From assembly GCA_965227065.1 (NCBI GenBank), contig CBDDFN010000020.1:411471-475470 (forward strand): DNA of 64,000 bases, in the 5' to 3' direction. Below the pieces are notes generated by a model. The model was not told the origin of the DNA. It ran no database searches and saw only the letters and a list, made by a program, of their open reading frames with translations. A program made the translations under genes and the position numbers. The stretch comes from Alphaproteobacteria bacterium (GTDB lineage Bacteria; Pseudomonadota; Alphaproteobacteria; SPJN01). How positions within the stretch are numbered: position 1 is the stretch's first letter; the number at the start of each line of letters is the position of its first letter. Shown here piece after piece: positions 29,313 to 39,854 of the stretch.

Positions 29313-30845
29313 CTACAAAGTGGCGGGCCAGTTGACCATCAGATGATCGCCAACACCTTGGGTGCGGCCCCGATCATGGATGGCCAGGGTTGATTTGAGA
29401 TAATCCCGGCTCTCGCGGGGGTCGATCACGGCATGGGCGAGATAGGGCGCAGCGAGATCATAGGCGCTGGTTTGTTTGGAGACCTGTTCGACCAGTTCGG
29501 CAAAGCGGTCCGGATCATCCTCGGCGCGCACCCCGAAAGCGACATTGACCGCCACGGCAGGGTCCATGAACGAAATTTCGCCGGTGAACCAGCTGGCGGT
29601 TTCATCGGCCTTGCCGCCGCCCAGATTGAGATAGGCCTGACCGAAACTCTTGCGCAGCACCAGCGCGATCTTGGGCACCGTCGACAACTCAAGCGCCTGC
29701 ATGAAGGTCATGATCTTGCCGCCAAGCCGCTTCTTCTCGCTTTCGGTGCCGACCAGAAAGCCCGGCGTGTCGGCCAGGAAAATGATCGGCAGATTATAGC
29801 AGTCGCACAGCATGATCAGATTGGCGATCTTGGAACAGGCATCGGGATCAAGCGCGCCGCCCTTGAAACGGGGGTTGGAGGCGGCAATGCCCACCGCACG
29901 GCCATCAATCCGGGCAAGGCCGGTGACCGCAACCTTGGCGTAGCGGGCTTTGATCGGAAAGAAGCTGCCCGGATCGACAATCGCCTCAATCACCTGGCGG
30001 ACGTCATAGACCTGACCGCGCGCTTCAGGCACCAGATCAAGCACGGATTGAATGGCGTCTTCGGCCCCATCGGGCACCGCCATGCGGCCGGGCGCAATGC
30101 CATTGTGATCAGGCATGTAAGATAAGAAGCGTTTGATGGTAGCGATGGCTTCTTCATCAGTGTCAACGACCGCATCGGCATAGCCGGTCACTTCGGTATG
30201 AAGCCGCCAGCCACCCAGCGCATCAGCGGCTTCGTCCTCAGAGATCGCCACCGAGGTCACATTGGGGCTGGAAACTGCCCAGATCGCATCCTTCCGCATA
30301 ACAGTGAAGTCAGACAGGATGGATGAAAATGCACCGCCGCCATAGGTCAGCCCCAAAACGGCAGAGGCGGTGGGAACGATGCGCGGGCGGTGATACTGAG
30401 CGCGTTCGCCCGACAGGCCAATGCCGCTGGCCCCCATAATGTCTGGGATGCGCCCGCCGGCGCATTCCATCAGATAGACCAGCGGATGGCCGTTCTCGCG
30501 CGCAATGCGGGCGACGCGGCCCTGTTTCTTGCCCATGATTTCAGCGGAGCTTGATCCCAACGTGGTGAAGTCGGCCGCATTGATGCCGATGAGGCGGCCA
30601 TCCACCCGGCCAAAGCCCGACACCATGCCATCCCCGGGTGTGCGGTCGGCATGGTCGGGATTGGTGGAATGGGCAAAAACGCCGGTTTCGGCAAAGCTGC
30701 CATCATCGCACAGAACCGCCACGCGCTCCCGCGCATTCAGGATGTGATCGGTAGCGGCGCGCTCTGCAAGTCGTTTGGCTGAGCCCATGGCGCGCGCCTG
30801 ATCAAGCCGCGCCTGATGGGCGTTGATCTTGTCATCATAGCTCAT
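29313..30845 (-). CDS. Acyl-CoA carboxylase carboxyltransferase (beta) subunit
   Basis: ARERV..L.D.GSF.E, DFTTLG, AGGRI, DTPGFLVG. Confidence 0.88.
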   Translation of the reverse strand: MSYDDKINAHQARLDQARAMGSAKRLAERAATDHILNARERVAVLCDDGSFAETGVFAHSTNPDHADRTPGDGMVSGFGRVDGRLIGINAADFTTLGSSSAEIMGKKQGRVARIARENGHPLVYLMECAGGRIPDIMGASGIGLSGERAQYHRPRIVPTASAVLGLTYGGGAFSSILSDFTVMRKDAIWAVSSPNVTSVAISEDEAADALGGWRLHTEVTGYADAVVDTDEEAIATIKRFLSYMPDHNGIAPGRMAVPDGAEDAIQSVLDLVPEARGQVYDVRQVIEAIVDPGSFFPIKARYAKVAVTGLARIDGRAVGIAASNPRFKGGALDPDACSKIANLIMLCDCYNLPIIFLADTPGFLVGTESEKKRLGGKIMTFMQALELSTVPKIALVLRKSFGQAYLNLGGGKADETASWFTGEISFMDPAVAVNVAFGVRAEDDPDRFAELVEQVSKQTSAYDLAAPYLAHAVIDPRESRDYLKSTLAIHDRGRTQGVGDHLMVNWPATL

Positions 30846-32019
30846 GGGTGAGCCTTTCAAATCCCGCGGCAAGATCGGCGATCAGATCATCCACCGCTTC
30901 AAGACCGATATGAATACGCATCAAGGGACCTCCCTCATAGGGAACAATGGTGCGGGCCGATTGCGGATTGGTTTTGATCAGCAGGCTTTCAAAGCCGCCC
31001 CAGCTATAACCCATGCCGAACAACTCCATCCCGTCCAGCATGGCGTCGATGGCTTTGGCCGGGACGGGCTTGAGCTCGAAGGCAAACAGGCCGGTTGCGC
31101 CGGTAAAGTCGCGCGCCCACAGATCATGCTGCGGATGGCTCGGCAACGCCGGATGAATCACACGCGCGACCGCGTCGCGGGTTTCAAGCCAGGCCGCAAT
31201 CTGGCGCGCGCTGCGGTCATGTTGGGCGAGCCGGGCGCCCAGCGTGCGCAAGCCGCGGGCTGCCAGATAGGCATCATCGGGACTGGTGGCAAAGCCAAGC
31301 AGGGCATGGGTTTTGAACACCGGCTCCCACAACTCTTCGCGCGCCACGGTGATCGTGCCGATCATCGCATCGGCATGGCCGACAATATATTTCGTTGCCG
31401 CGATCACTGAAATGTCCACGCCATGGGCCAGGCCCTTGAAATAAAGCGGGGTCGCCCAGGTGTTGTCCATGGCGACCAGTGCGCCTTTGGCATGGGCGGC
31501 TGCACAAATAGCGGGAATGTCCTGCACCTCGAAGGTCAGCGAGCCGGGGCTTTCGGTAAAGACCAGTTTCGTCTTCTCCGAAATCAGCTCGGAAATCGCA
31601 CTTCCCATGGTGGGATCATAATAGCTTGTGCTCACGCCCATACGGGTCAGGAACTGATCGCAGAATTTGCGGGTCGGGTCATAGACGCTGTCGGGGATCA
31701 ACACATGATCGCCCTGTTCAACAAAACTGAGGATCGCCACCGTCACCGCCGAAAGACCGGCGGGCGTCAGAATGGTGCGGAAGCCGCCTTCGAGGTCGGT
31801 CACTGCCTCTTGCAGGCCGAACTGGGTGGGGGTGCCCCGCCGGCCGTAATAGGGGCTGCCATAGGGTTGCGCGCCCGCGCGCCCCATATCGGCGGCAGTG
31901 TCGAACAAGATGGTGCTTGCCCGGTGGACCGGCACATTGACCGCGCCGGAGAAGCGCGATGGGTCGCGGCCGGAATGGGCCAGTTTGGTGAGATCGTCTT
32001 TGTCGGAGTTTTTGGTCAT
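30835..32019 (-). CDS. metC: Cystathionine beta-lyase
   Basis: VNVPVHRAST, YGRRGTPT, ESPGSLTFE, DNTWA, TKYIVGH, GYSWGGFESL. Confidence 0.95.
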   Translation of the reverse strand: MTKNSDKDDLTKLAHSGRDPSRFSGAVNVPVHRASTILFDTAADMGRAGAQPYGSPYYGRRGTPTQFGLQEAVTDLEGGFRTILTPAGLSAVTVAILSFVEQGDHVLIPDSVYDPTRKFCDQFLTRMGVSTSYYDPTMGSAISELISEKTKLVFTESPGSLTFEVQDIPAICAAAHAKGALVAMDNTWATPLYFKGLAHGVDISVIAATKYIVGHADAMIGTITVAREELWEPVFKTHALLGFATSPDDAYLAARGLRTLGARLAQHDRSARQIAAWLETRDAVARVIHPALPSHPQHDLWARDFTGATGLFAFELKPVPAKAIDAMLDGMELFGMGYSWGGFESLLIKTNPQSARTIVPYEGGPLMRIHIGLEAVDDLIADLAAGFERLTHEL

Positions 32020-32145
32020 GGATGCGCTGAAATTTTTGATGCGCCATCATGGCATTCATGGCGCGCGCCGCCAAGCGGACTGATTTGTGCTGGCCGGTGC
32101 CTGTGTTAGGTTCATCCCAAGCGGATTTGAAACAACAGGTGCCAC

Positions 32146-33159
32146 ATGACCCGATCCCTGATGATCGCAGCCCTGATGGGCGCACTTTTCACCCTTCCGG
32201 CGCAGGCCGGAACCTTGGAAACCGTCAAGGAACGCGGCGAGCTGGGCTGCGGGGTCAGCCAGGGGCTGCCCGGATTTTCCAATCCTGACGATATGGGCAA
32301 CTGGACCGGTATTGATGTCGAATTGTGCCGGGCGATTGCCGCAGCGATTTTCGGCGATGTCTCCAAGGTGAAATACCGGCCCTTGTCGGCCAAGGAGCGC
32401 TTCACCGCCCTGCAATCGGGCGAGTTTGATGTGCTGGTGCGCAACACAACTTACACGCTGTCGCGTGATGCAGCACTCGGCCTCGATTTTCCCGCGATCA
32501 ATTTCTATGACGGTCAGGGCTTTATGGTGCGCGCCGATCTGGGCGTGACATCGGTCAATGAACTTGATGGCGCCACTGTGTGCGTCAATGCCGGGACGAC
32601 GACCGAGCTTAATCTCGCCGACTATTTCCGTTCCAAAGGGATGGAGTTTGAAGTGGTGACCTTTGAGAAAGCCGACGAAGTGGTCGCCGCTTATGATGCG
32701 GGACGGTGTGATGCCTGGACCACCGACCATTCATCCCTGTTCGCCAATCGCCTGAAATTGAAGGACCCCAGCAAACACGTGGTCCTTCCTGAAATCATTT
32801 CCAAGGAGCCGTTTGGTCCCGTGGTGCGCCAGGGCGATAACCCCTGGGCTGATGTCGTGCGCTGGTCGCTTTATGCCATGCTGAACGCTGAAGAGCTCGG
32901 TGTAACAGCGGAGAATGTCGAGCAGATGCGCGATGAAAGTGAAAATCCTGAAGTGCGCCGCTTGCTGGGTGTCGAAGGGTCGATGGGCGAAAAGCTTGGT
33001 CTGTCCAATGATTGGGCGTTCAACATCATCAAGCTCGTTGGCAATTATGGCGAAGTGTTTGAACGCACGGTCGGCGCCGACAGCCCGCTTAATATTGACC
33101 GGGGGCTTAACGCGCTGTGGCGCGATGGTGGCCTGCATTACGCCCCGCCTGTTCGCTAG
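32146..33159 (+). CDS. aapJ: General L-amino acid ABC transporter substrate-binding protein
   Basis: TLETVKERGEL.CG, RFTALQSG, FYDGQGF, ISKEP.GP, GNYGE.F. Confidence 0.92.
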   Translation: MTRSLMIAALMGALFTLPAQAGTLETVKERGELGCGVSQGLPGFSNPDDMGNWTGIDVELCRAIAAAIFGDVSKVKYRPLSAKERFTALQSGEFDVLVRNTTYTLSRDAALGLDFPAINFYDGQGFMVRADLGVTSVNELDGATVCVNAGTTTELNLADYFRSKGMEFEVVTFEKADEVVAAYDAGRCDAWTTDHSSLFANRLKLKDPSKHVVLPEIISKEPFGPVVRQGDNPWADVVRWSLYAMLNAEELGVTAENVEQMRDESENPEVRRLLGVEGSMGEKLGLSNDWAFNIIKLVGNYGEVFERTVGADSPLNIDRGLNALWRDGGLHYAPPVR

Positions 33160-33175
33160 GGCGCGTTTCTGACCG

Positions 33176-34330
33176 ATGATGAACTGGTGGCATGACCGGC
33201 GGGTGCGCGGGGTGGCCTTTCAGGCTGCGCTCGTGCTCGCTGTGGTGATTGGCTTTGGCCTGATTGCCAATAATGCCCTGACCAATCTTGGTCAGCAAAA
33301 CATTGCGACGGGCTTTGGCTTTCTGGACGAAACAGCAGGCTTTGGGGTCAATCAAAGCCTGATCTCTTATTCCGAACAGGACAGTTATGGCCGGGTCTTT
33401 GTGGTCGGGCTTTTGAACACGCTGATTGTGTCGGTGATCGGTATCGCGCTTGCCACCGTGCTGGGTTTTTTGATCGGCGTGGCGCGGCTGTCGACCAACT
33501 GGCTGGTGGCGCAGCTTGCGGGCGCTTATGTCGAGCTGATCCGTAATGTGCCTTTGTTGCTGCAAATCTTTTTTTGGTATTTCGGGGTCTTGAAACAGCT
33601 GCCCCATCCGCGCGATAGCCTGACGCCGTTTGATGGATTTTACCTCAATATTCGCGGGCTGAGCTTTCCACGCCCTTTGTTTGAAGAGCCCTTTATGTGG
33701 GTTGCGCTGGCGTTGATGGCAGGATTGGCGGGATGGTTGTTTGTCCGCCGCCGCGCCAAACTGCATTTTCTCGCCACCGGTCAAACCAAACATCTGTGGC
33801 CCTATAGTTGGGGGCTTCTGGTTTTGCTTCCCCTGGCTGTGTTCGCCGCCACCGGCGCGCCGCTTGATTTTGAAATGCCGCGCGCCACGCGCTTTAACAT
33901 CACAGGCGGCATCCGCATCATCCCCGAAATGGTGGCGCTGATCCTGGCGCTGTCGATCTACACTGCCGCCTTTATTGCCGAGATCGTCCGCGCAGGCATT
34001 CTGTCGGTTCCCAAAGGCCAGACCGAGGCGGCGCGGGCGCTTGGCCTCAAGCCCGGAACGATCCTGCGCCTGGTGGTCATCCCGCAGGCCATGCGCGTGA
34101 TTATCCCGCCGCTCACCAGCCAGTATCTCAACCTGGCCAAGAACTCATCGCTTGCCGTCGCCATTGCCTATCCCGATCTTGTCTCGGTCTTTGCGGGAAC
34201 CGCGCTTAACCAGACCGGTCAGGCGCTGGAAATCATTGCCATGACCATGGCGGTTTACCTCATGATCAGCCTGTCAACCTCGTTCGGGATGAACCTTTAT
34301 AATACGCGTGTTGCGCGCCATGGCGGGTGA
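33176..34330 (+). CDS. aapQ: General L-amino acid ABC transporter permease
   Basis: GLLNTL, RNVPLLLQ, AEIVRAGI, KGQTEAA, KNSSLA. Confidence 0.9.
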   Translation: MMNWWHDRRVRGVAFQAALVLAVVIGFGLIANNALTNLGQQNIATGFGFLDETAGFGVNQSLISYSEQDSYGRVFVVGLLNTLIVSVIGIALATVLGFLIGVARLSTNWLVAQLAGAYVELIRNVPLLLQIFFWYFGVLKQLPHPRDSLTPFDGFYLNIRGLSFPRPLFEEPFMWVALALMAGLAGWLFVRRRAKLHFLATGQTKHLWPYSWGLLVLLPLAVFAATGAPLDFEMPRATRFNITGGIRIIPEMVALILALSIYTAAFIAEIVRAGILSVPKGQTEAARALGLKPGTILRLVVIPQAMRVIIPPLTSQYLNLAKNSSLAVAIAYPDLVSVFAGTALNQTGQALEIIAMTMAVYLMISLSTSFGMNLYNTRVARHGG

Positions 34331-34340
34331 GGGGGCTGGC

Positions 34341-35387
34341 ATGAGCTGGATGCGCGCAAATCTGTTTTCCTCTCCGCTCAACACTGTGCTGTCGCTGGGC
34401 AGCCTCTATCTTCTGTGGCTGATCATCCCGGCGGTGATTGACTGGGCGGTCTTGTCGGCCGTGTGGGTTGGAGAGGGGCGTGAGGATTGTCTGGGTGAAG
34501 GTGTTGGCGCGTGCTGGCCCTTTGTCACGGCAAAGTGGCAGCAATTCATTTACGGCCGCTATCCAACTGAAGAGTTATGGCGGGTCAATCTGACCTTTGT
34601 GATCGGCGCGGTCAGCATCGTCATGGCCTTGCGTGAAGGCCGATACCGGGCGCAGGCGGCCTTGTTCGCGGTTCTGGTGTTTCCGGTGCTTGCCTTTGTC
34701 TTGCTGTCGGGCGGAATGTTGGGTCTTGCCGAGGTCGGAACCGAATTGTGGGGCGGGCTGCTTGTCACGCTCGTGGTGGCCGTGACCGGAATTGCCGCGA
34801 GCCTGCCGCTGGGCATCGCGCTGGCGCTGGCCCGCCGGTCGGAGCTTCCCATCATTCGCTGGTTCGCGATTGCCTTCATTGAATTTTGGCGCGGCGTACC
34901 ATTGATCACGGTCTTGTTCATGGCCGCCGTCATGCTGCCCCTGTTCCTGCCCGATGGGGTCACCTTCGACAAATTGCTGCGCTGTCTGATCGGGGTGGCG
35001 CTGTTTGCATCGGCCTATATGGCCGAAGTGGTGCGCGGGGGCCTGCAAGCCATTCCGCGTGGCCAGTATGAGGCCAGCCGCGCCATGGGGCTGAGCTATT
35101 GGCAGTCCATGCGTCTGGTGATCTTGCCGCAAGCGCTGGCCAAAGTGATCCCCGGCATCGTCAACACGTTTATTGGCCTGTTCAAGGACACCACGCTCGT
35201 TCTCATTATCGGGCTGTTTGATCTTTTGGGGATCATTCAGCTTCATTTCACCGACGCCGGATGGGCGACGCCGCAAACCCACAATACCGGCTATGCGGTG
35301 GCCGCGATCATCTTCTGGCTGTTCTGCTTTTCCATGTCACGCTATGCGACGGGGGTTGAAAAACGCCTCGACCGGGCGAGGGTCTGA
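34341..35387 (+). CDS. aapM: General L-amino acid ABC transporter permease
   Basis: [34 protein letters not shown]; alternative start at 34320. Confidence 0.9.
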   Translation: MSWMRANLFSSPLNTVLSLGSLYLLWLIIPAVIDWAVLSAVWVGEGREDCLGEGVGACWPFVTAKWQQFIYGRYPTEELWRVNLTFVIGAVSIVMALREGRYRAQAALFAVLVFPVLAFVLLSGGMLGLAEVGTELWGGLLVTLVVAVTGIAASLPLGIALALARRSELPIIRWFAIAFIEFWRGVPLITVLFMAAVMLPLFLPDGVTFDKLLRCLIGVALFASAYMAEVVRGGLQAIPRGQYEASRAMGLSYWQSMRLVILPQALAKVIPGIVNTFIGLFKDTTLVLIIGLFDLLGIIQLHFTDAGWATPQTHNTGYAVAAIIFWLFCFSMSRYATGVEKRLDRARV

Positions 35388-36124
35388 TGTCTCATCCCAT
35401 CATTGAAATCACCAAGCTCAACAAATGGTTCGACGATTTTCACGTGCTGAAAGATGTCGATCTGACCGTGACACAAGGCGAGCGCATCGTCATATGCGGG
35501 CCATCAGGCTCCGGCAAGTCCACGTTGATCCGCTGTATCAACCGCTTGGAAGAACATCAGAAGGGCGACATTGTTGTTGATGGCCACACGCTCAATGAAG
35601 ATTTGCGCAATGTTGAGGAAGTCCGGCGCGAGGTCGGCATGGTGTTTCAGCACTTCAACCTGTTTCCTCATTTGACCATTCTGGAAAACTGCACGCTGGC
35701 GCCGATCTGGGTGAAGAAGATGCCCAAGGCCGAGGCGGAAGAGCGCGCGATGCATTTCCTCACCCGCGTGCGCATCCCCGACCAGGCGGGCAAATATCCC
35801 GGTGAGCTGTCGGGCGGCCAACAGCAACGCGTGGCCATCGCGCGGTCTTTGTGCATGGCGCCAAAGATCATGCTGTTTGATGAGCCCACATCGGCGCTTG
35901 ATCCTGAGATGATCAAGGAAGTGCTTGATGTGATGGTTGAGCTGGCGCGCGAGGGCATGACCATGCTGGTCGTCACCCATGAGATGGGCTTTGCGCGCGA
36001 AGTTGCCGACCGGGTGATCTTTATGGATGAGGGCCGGATTGTCGAACAGGCCGATCCCGAGACTTTCTTCTCTGCGCCCGAACACCCCCGCGCGCAAGAG
36101 TTTCTGAGCCAGATCATGTTGTGA
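35387..36124 (+). CDS. aapP: Amino acid ABC transporter ATP-binding protein
   Basis: [28 protein letters not shown]. Confidence 0.93.
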   Translation: MSHPIIEITKLNKWFDDFHVLKDVDLTVTQGERIVICGPSGSGKSTLIRCINRLEEHQKGDIVVDGHTLNEDLRNVEEVRREVGMVFQHFNLFPHLTILENCTLAPIWVKKMPKAEAEERAMHFLTRVRIPDQAGKYPGELSGGQQQRVAIARSLCMAPKIMLFDEPTSALDPEMIKEVLDVMVELAREGMTMLVVTHEMGFAREVADRVIFMDEGRIVEQADPETFFSAPEHPRAQEFLSQIML

Positions 36125-36411
36125 TGAATGGGCCATGTGTTTACATGCTTGCCAGCCAGCGCAACGGCACATTGTATGTTGGCGTGACCAGCAATCTCAT
36201 ACGGCGCATCGCGGAACACAAGTCCGGTGAAATTAGCGGTTTTACGAAAACGTATGATGTGAAGCGGCTTGTTTGGTTTGAACAGCACGACACGATGGAT
36301 GCCGCAATCCTGCGAGAAAAGCGGATCAAACGATGGAAGAGGGATTGGAAGATCGCGCTGATTGAAGCAGCCAATCCACTGTGGCGTGATCTTTATCCCC
36401 AACTCATTTAA
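36124..36411 (+). CDS. Stand-alone GIY-YIG nuclease (UPF0213/YhbQ-like)
   Basis: VYMLAS.RNGTLYVGVT.NL.RR..EHK...FT..Y...LV.FE...REK.IK.W.R.WK..LIE..NP.W.DL. Confidence 0.9.
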   Translation: MNGPCVYMLASQRNGTLYVGVTSNLIRRIAEHKSGEISGFTKTYDVKRLVWFEQHDTMDAAILREKRIKRWKRDWKIALIEAANPLWRDLYPQLI

Positions 36412-36413
36412 TT

Positions 36414-36630
36414 GTCATCCCGGAGCTAGCGGAGCCCCGCCGGGAAGGCGGTTGGCGATGCTTGCATCCGGGACCCAGAAGTGTGGGCTTGTTTGAGAGT
36501 GCTGGGTCCCGGCTCTAAGCTTCACCAGCAAATGGGCGTTGCCCCTTTGGGTTCAGCTAAGGCCGGGATGACGAGTTATGAGAGAAATCGGAATTGTTCG
36601 CCCGGAGGCAGCGAAGCCCCGCCGGGATGA
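36414..36630. repeat. REP-like nested palindromic element plus partial second copy
   Basis: GTCATCCCGG (36414-36423) / CCGGGATGAC (36563-36572); inner CCGGGACCCAG (36468-36478) / CTGGGTCCCGG (36502-36512); 27-nt near-copy of 36419-36445 at 36601-36627. Confidence 0.8.
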
Positions 36631-36636
36631 GGAGGC

Positions 36637-37482
36637 TTAAACTTCAATCGGCAGGCTGTCGTCTGATCCCCATTCCGCCCAGGAGCCATCATAGACCGCG
36701 ACCTGTTTGTGTCCCGCATCGGTCAGCGCCAGGGCGAGCAAAGACGCGGTCACGCCCGAGCCGCAGGTCGTAATGACGGGCTTGTCAAAATCAATGCCCG
36801 CAGCGTTGAAGGCCGACTTGTTTTCCATCGGCCCGCGGAAGGTGCCATTGGGATGGGTGAGTGTATCAAACGGCAGGTTGAGTGCACCGGGCATATGGCC
36901 TGAGCGGACGCCGTCCCACGGCTCAGGCGCGGTGCCGGCAAAGCGGGCGGCCGAACGGGCATCAACAATCTGTTCAGACCCGCTTTCGATGGCAGCGAGA
37001 ACCTGGTCCTTGCTGCGCACCAGACCCTCTTGCAAACGCGCAGTGAAATGGCGTTCGCGCGGGAAGGGGGGCAGCGTGTCGATCATCCGGCCCTCAGCGC
37101 GCCATTTGGGCAGCCCGCCATCCAGCACGGCAATCTGGTCATGGCCGAAGGCTTTGAACATCCACCACACGCGCGGCGCGGAGAACATGCCTTGGCTGTC
37201 ATAAACGACAATGCGCAAGCCATCGCCCAGACCCAGACGGCGCACCCGGCTTGAAAACTTTTCAGGGCTTGGCAGCATATGGGGGAAGGGCGAGGTGGTA
37301 TCGGCAATCTCGTCAATATCGAAAAAGGCGGCGCCGGGAATATGACCCTTTTTGAATTCGGCCCGGCCGGTCTTTTCAGCCGTGGGCAGATACCATGTGG
37401 CGTCAACCACGCGCACATCGGGCGCGTCGATATTCTTGGCGAGCCAGTCGGTGGTAACAATATTGAGCTTAAGCCGATCCAT
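36637..37482 (-). CDS. sseA: 3-mercaptopyruvate sulfurtransferase (tandem rhodanese)
   Basis: HIPGA.FFD, PHMLP, VLDGG, DARS..RF.G, CGSGVTA, YDGSWAEW. Confidence 0.93.
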   Translation of the reverse strand: MDRLKLNIVTTDWLAKNIDAPDVRVVDATWYLPTAEKTGRAEFKKGHIPGAAFFDIDEIADTTSPFPHMLPSPEKFSSRVRRLGLGDGLRIVVYDSQGMFSAPRVWWMFKAFGHDQIAVLDGGLPKWRAEGRMIDTLPPFPRERHFTARLQEGLVRSKDQVLAAIESGSEQIVDARSAARFAGTAPEPWDGVRSGHMPGALNLPFDTLTHPNGTFRGPMENKSAFNAAGIDFDKPVITTCGSGVTASLLALALTDAGHKQVAVYDGSWAEWGSDDSLPIEV

Positions 37483-37492
37483 GATGTCTGCC

Positions 37493-38497
37493 TTATGAAT
37501 CCATCCAGTGCGGAACAGGAAGGCCTTTGTCGCGCAAAAAGGCCGGGTTGAACAGTTTCGACTGATAGCGCGTGCCATAATCGCACAGAATTGTCACGAT
37601 GGTGTGGCCGGGTCCCAGATCTTTGGCCAGCCGGATCGCACCGGCGACATTGATCCCGGTTGAGCCGCCCAGGCACAGCCCTTCATGCTCCAGAAGGTCA
37701 AAGACGATGGGCAGGGCTTCCTCGTCCGAAATTTTGTACGACCGGTCAATCGGTGCGCCTTCGAGATTTTTCGTCACCCGGCCATTGCCGATGCCTTCGG
37801 TGATCGAGGTGCCTTCGGCTTTGAGCTCGCCATGCGCGATATAATTGTGCAACGCCGAGCCACCGGGATCTGACAAAGCGGTGACAATCTTGGGGTTCTG
37901 GCCTTTAAGATATTCCGAAATGCCCGCAATCGTGCCGCCGGTGCCCATGGCGCAGATAAAGCCGTCGATCTTGCCATCGAGATCATTCCAGATTTCGGGG
38001 CCCGTGGTTTCAATATGGGCGCGCTTGTTGGCGACATTGTCGAACTGGTTGGCCCAGATTGCGCCGCCCTCCACCGTTTCATTCAGTTCAGCGGCCAGAC
38101 GGCCCGACACTTTGACGTAGTTTCCCTCATCCTTGTACGGCACCGCAGGCACCAGGCGCAGGTCAGCCCCGCACAGGCGCAGCATGTCCTTTTTTTCCTG
38201 GCTTTGGGTTTCGGGCATAACGATCACGCTTTTAAAGCCCATGGCGTTACAGACGAGCGCAAGCCCGATGCCGGTATTGCCGGCGGTGCCTTCGACCACC
38301 GTGCCGCCGGGTTTGAGCTCACCGCGTTCAATCGCATCCTTGATGATATAAAGCGCGGCGCGGTCCTTCACCGACTGGCCGGGGTTCAAAAATTCGGCCT
38401 TGCCGTAAATCTCGCAGCCTGTCTCGTCTGAGGCGCGGTTGAGGCGAATGAGCGGCGTGTTGCCGATCGCATCGATCAGATCGCGGCGAAGGACCAT
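37493..38497 (-). CDS. cysK: Cysteine synthase A
   Basis: IGNTPL, NPGQSVKDR, EGTAGNTG, GTGGT. Confidence 0.92.
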   Translation of the reverse strand: MVLRRDLIDAIGNTPLIRLNRASDETGCEIYGKAEFLNPGQSVKDRAALYIIKDAIERGELKPGGTVVEGTAGNTGIGLALVCNAMGFKSVIVMPETQSQEKKDMLRLCGADLRLVPAVPYKDEGNYVKVSGRLAAELNETVEGGAIWANQFDNVANKRAHIETTGPEIWNDLDGKIDGFICAMGTGGTIAGISEYLKGQNPKIVTALSDPGGSALHNYIAHGELKAEGTSITEGIGNGRVTKNLEGAPIDRSYKISDEEALPIVFDLLEHEGLCLGGSTGINVAGAIRLAKDLGPGHTIVTILCDYGTRYQSKLFNPAFLRDKGLPVPHWMDS

Positions 38498-38575
38498 GTT
38501 GATGAAAACTCCAAGGAAGATCGAAGGATTTTGTAAGTTGGCCAGACCCTAATGGCTCACTATTTGAAGCGCAAG

Positions 38576-39022
38576 CTAGTCCCCGGTTTCGGCCATCAGC
38601 GCGGCCATGGCCTCTTCACTGCCCGGACCAAGCGGCTGGCCGTAGGAAAACTCGACCACGATGCCGTCAGGATCATAAACCCCGCAATAATGACCGACGG
38701 GAAAGGGCTCGTCGACCGGCTCCCACGCCAGAATGCCCGCTTGGCGCGCCTTTTCGGCAATAGCGTCGACCGCCGCCCGGCTGTCCACCGCGATGCCGAG
38801 ATGGGAAAAGTCGTCCCTGGCCTGGTCTTTGCGCGCCCCGCCACCGATAAAGACAAAAACAAAGCGGTTTTCGCGGCCCGTTTCAGCCATCCAGATCACG
38901 TCAATGTCATGAGATGTGCGGCGATGTACCACTTTCAGTCCACAAAAAGACTGGTAAAAGGCTTCCGTAGCGTCAATGTCATGAACATGCAGCGCAAAAT
39001 GGGTCAGGGTTGGTGCGGCCAT
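38576..39022 (-). CDS. VOC/glyoxalase family protein
   Basis: LTHFALHV.D...T..FY, HLGI.V, DPDG..VE. Confidence 0.85.
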   Translation of the reverse strand: MAAPTLTHFALHVHDIDATEAFYQSFCGLKVVHRRTSHDIDVIWMAETGRENRFVFVFIGGGARKDQARDDFSHLGIAVDSRAAVDAIAEKARQAGILAWEPVDEPFPVGHYCGVYDPDGIVVEFSYGQPLGPGSEEAMAALMAETGD

Positions 39023-39083
39023 GCCGAGCTCTCTTTCTGGGCCAGATTTTAAGGCACAAATTATAACAAAAGGTGTGTCCGAC

Positions 39084-39779
39084 ATGGGGTTTCGTCAAGC
39101 GTTCCGGGCTGCTGGGCTTTGCCTGCTGCTGATCATGCCGTCTGCGCTCAGCGCCGGGCCGGGCATGGTGTGGGTGCCGGCCCATGGCGAAGAGCTGCAA
39201 TTTGACATTGAGCATAAGGGCAAGGTGATCGGCGAGATGACCATGCGCTTTGAGCGCGATGCCGACCAGACATTGACCATGCGGCGCACCCAGGCCTTCA
39301 AGGCCAAGAAATTCCTCGTCTCCATCCAGATGATGCAGCAGGTCGAAGAGGTCTGGCAGGCCGGTCATCTGGTGCGCATGAAAGCGCGCACCGATGTGGA
39401 CACCTCGGTCGGCGATCAACTGATCGAATTTTCCGCCCAGCGCACGCCCGATGGTCAGTTGCTGGTGCGCGGGGTTGATGGGGAAAAACTGCTGCCGGGC
39501 GATATCTGGCCCTCAGCGCTGTGGCACAAGGCCTTGTTGGGCGCGGAGCACTATTTCCAGCCCCGCGGCGGGCGGATCATTGCCATGGAACCCAAGCAGG
39601 TCGGACAGGAAACCCGCTCTTTCGGGGGTGAGCGCGTGGTCTGTGACAAGATCAAGGTGCTGACCGAAGGGCCTGAGGGCGAGCCTGCGGAAATTCTGGT
39701 GTGGTACACCCAGACCGGCCAGCCCTGCGCCATGCAGCTGTCATCGCAAATGGGTGAGCTGACTTATTCGCGCCGCTAA
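39084..39779 (+). CDS. Exported beta-rich protein, DUF6134-like
   Basis: Signal peptide; L.FDI...G..IG, E.W..G.L, PSALW pattern. Confidence 0.6.
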   Translation: MGFRQAFRAAGLCLLLIMPSALSAGPGMVWVPAHGEELQFDIEHKGKVIGEMTMRFERDADQTLTMRRTQAFKAKKFLVSIQMMQQVEEVWQAGHLVRMKARTDVDTSVGDQLIEFSAQRTPDGQLLVRGVDGEKLLPGDIWPSALWHKALLGAEHYFQPRGGRIIAMEPKQVGQETRSFGGERVVCDKIKVLTEGPEGEPAEILVWYTQTGQPCAMQLSSQMGELTYSRR

Positions 39780-39854
39780 AAGCGCCTTGTTGACCTTCCA
39801 AACGCAAACCGCGCATAAAACCGCCATACAAAATTCGTATTGCGGGAGAGCAAC

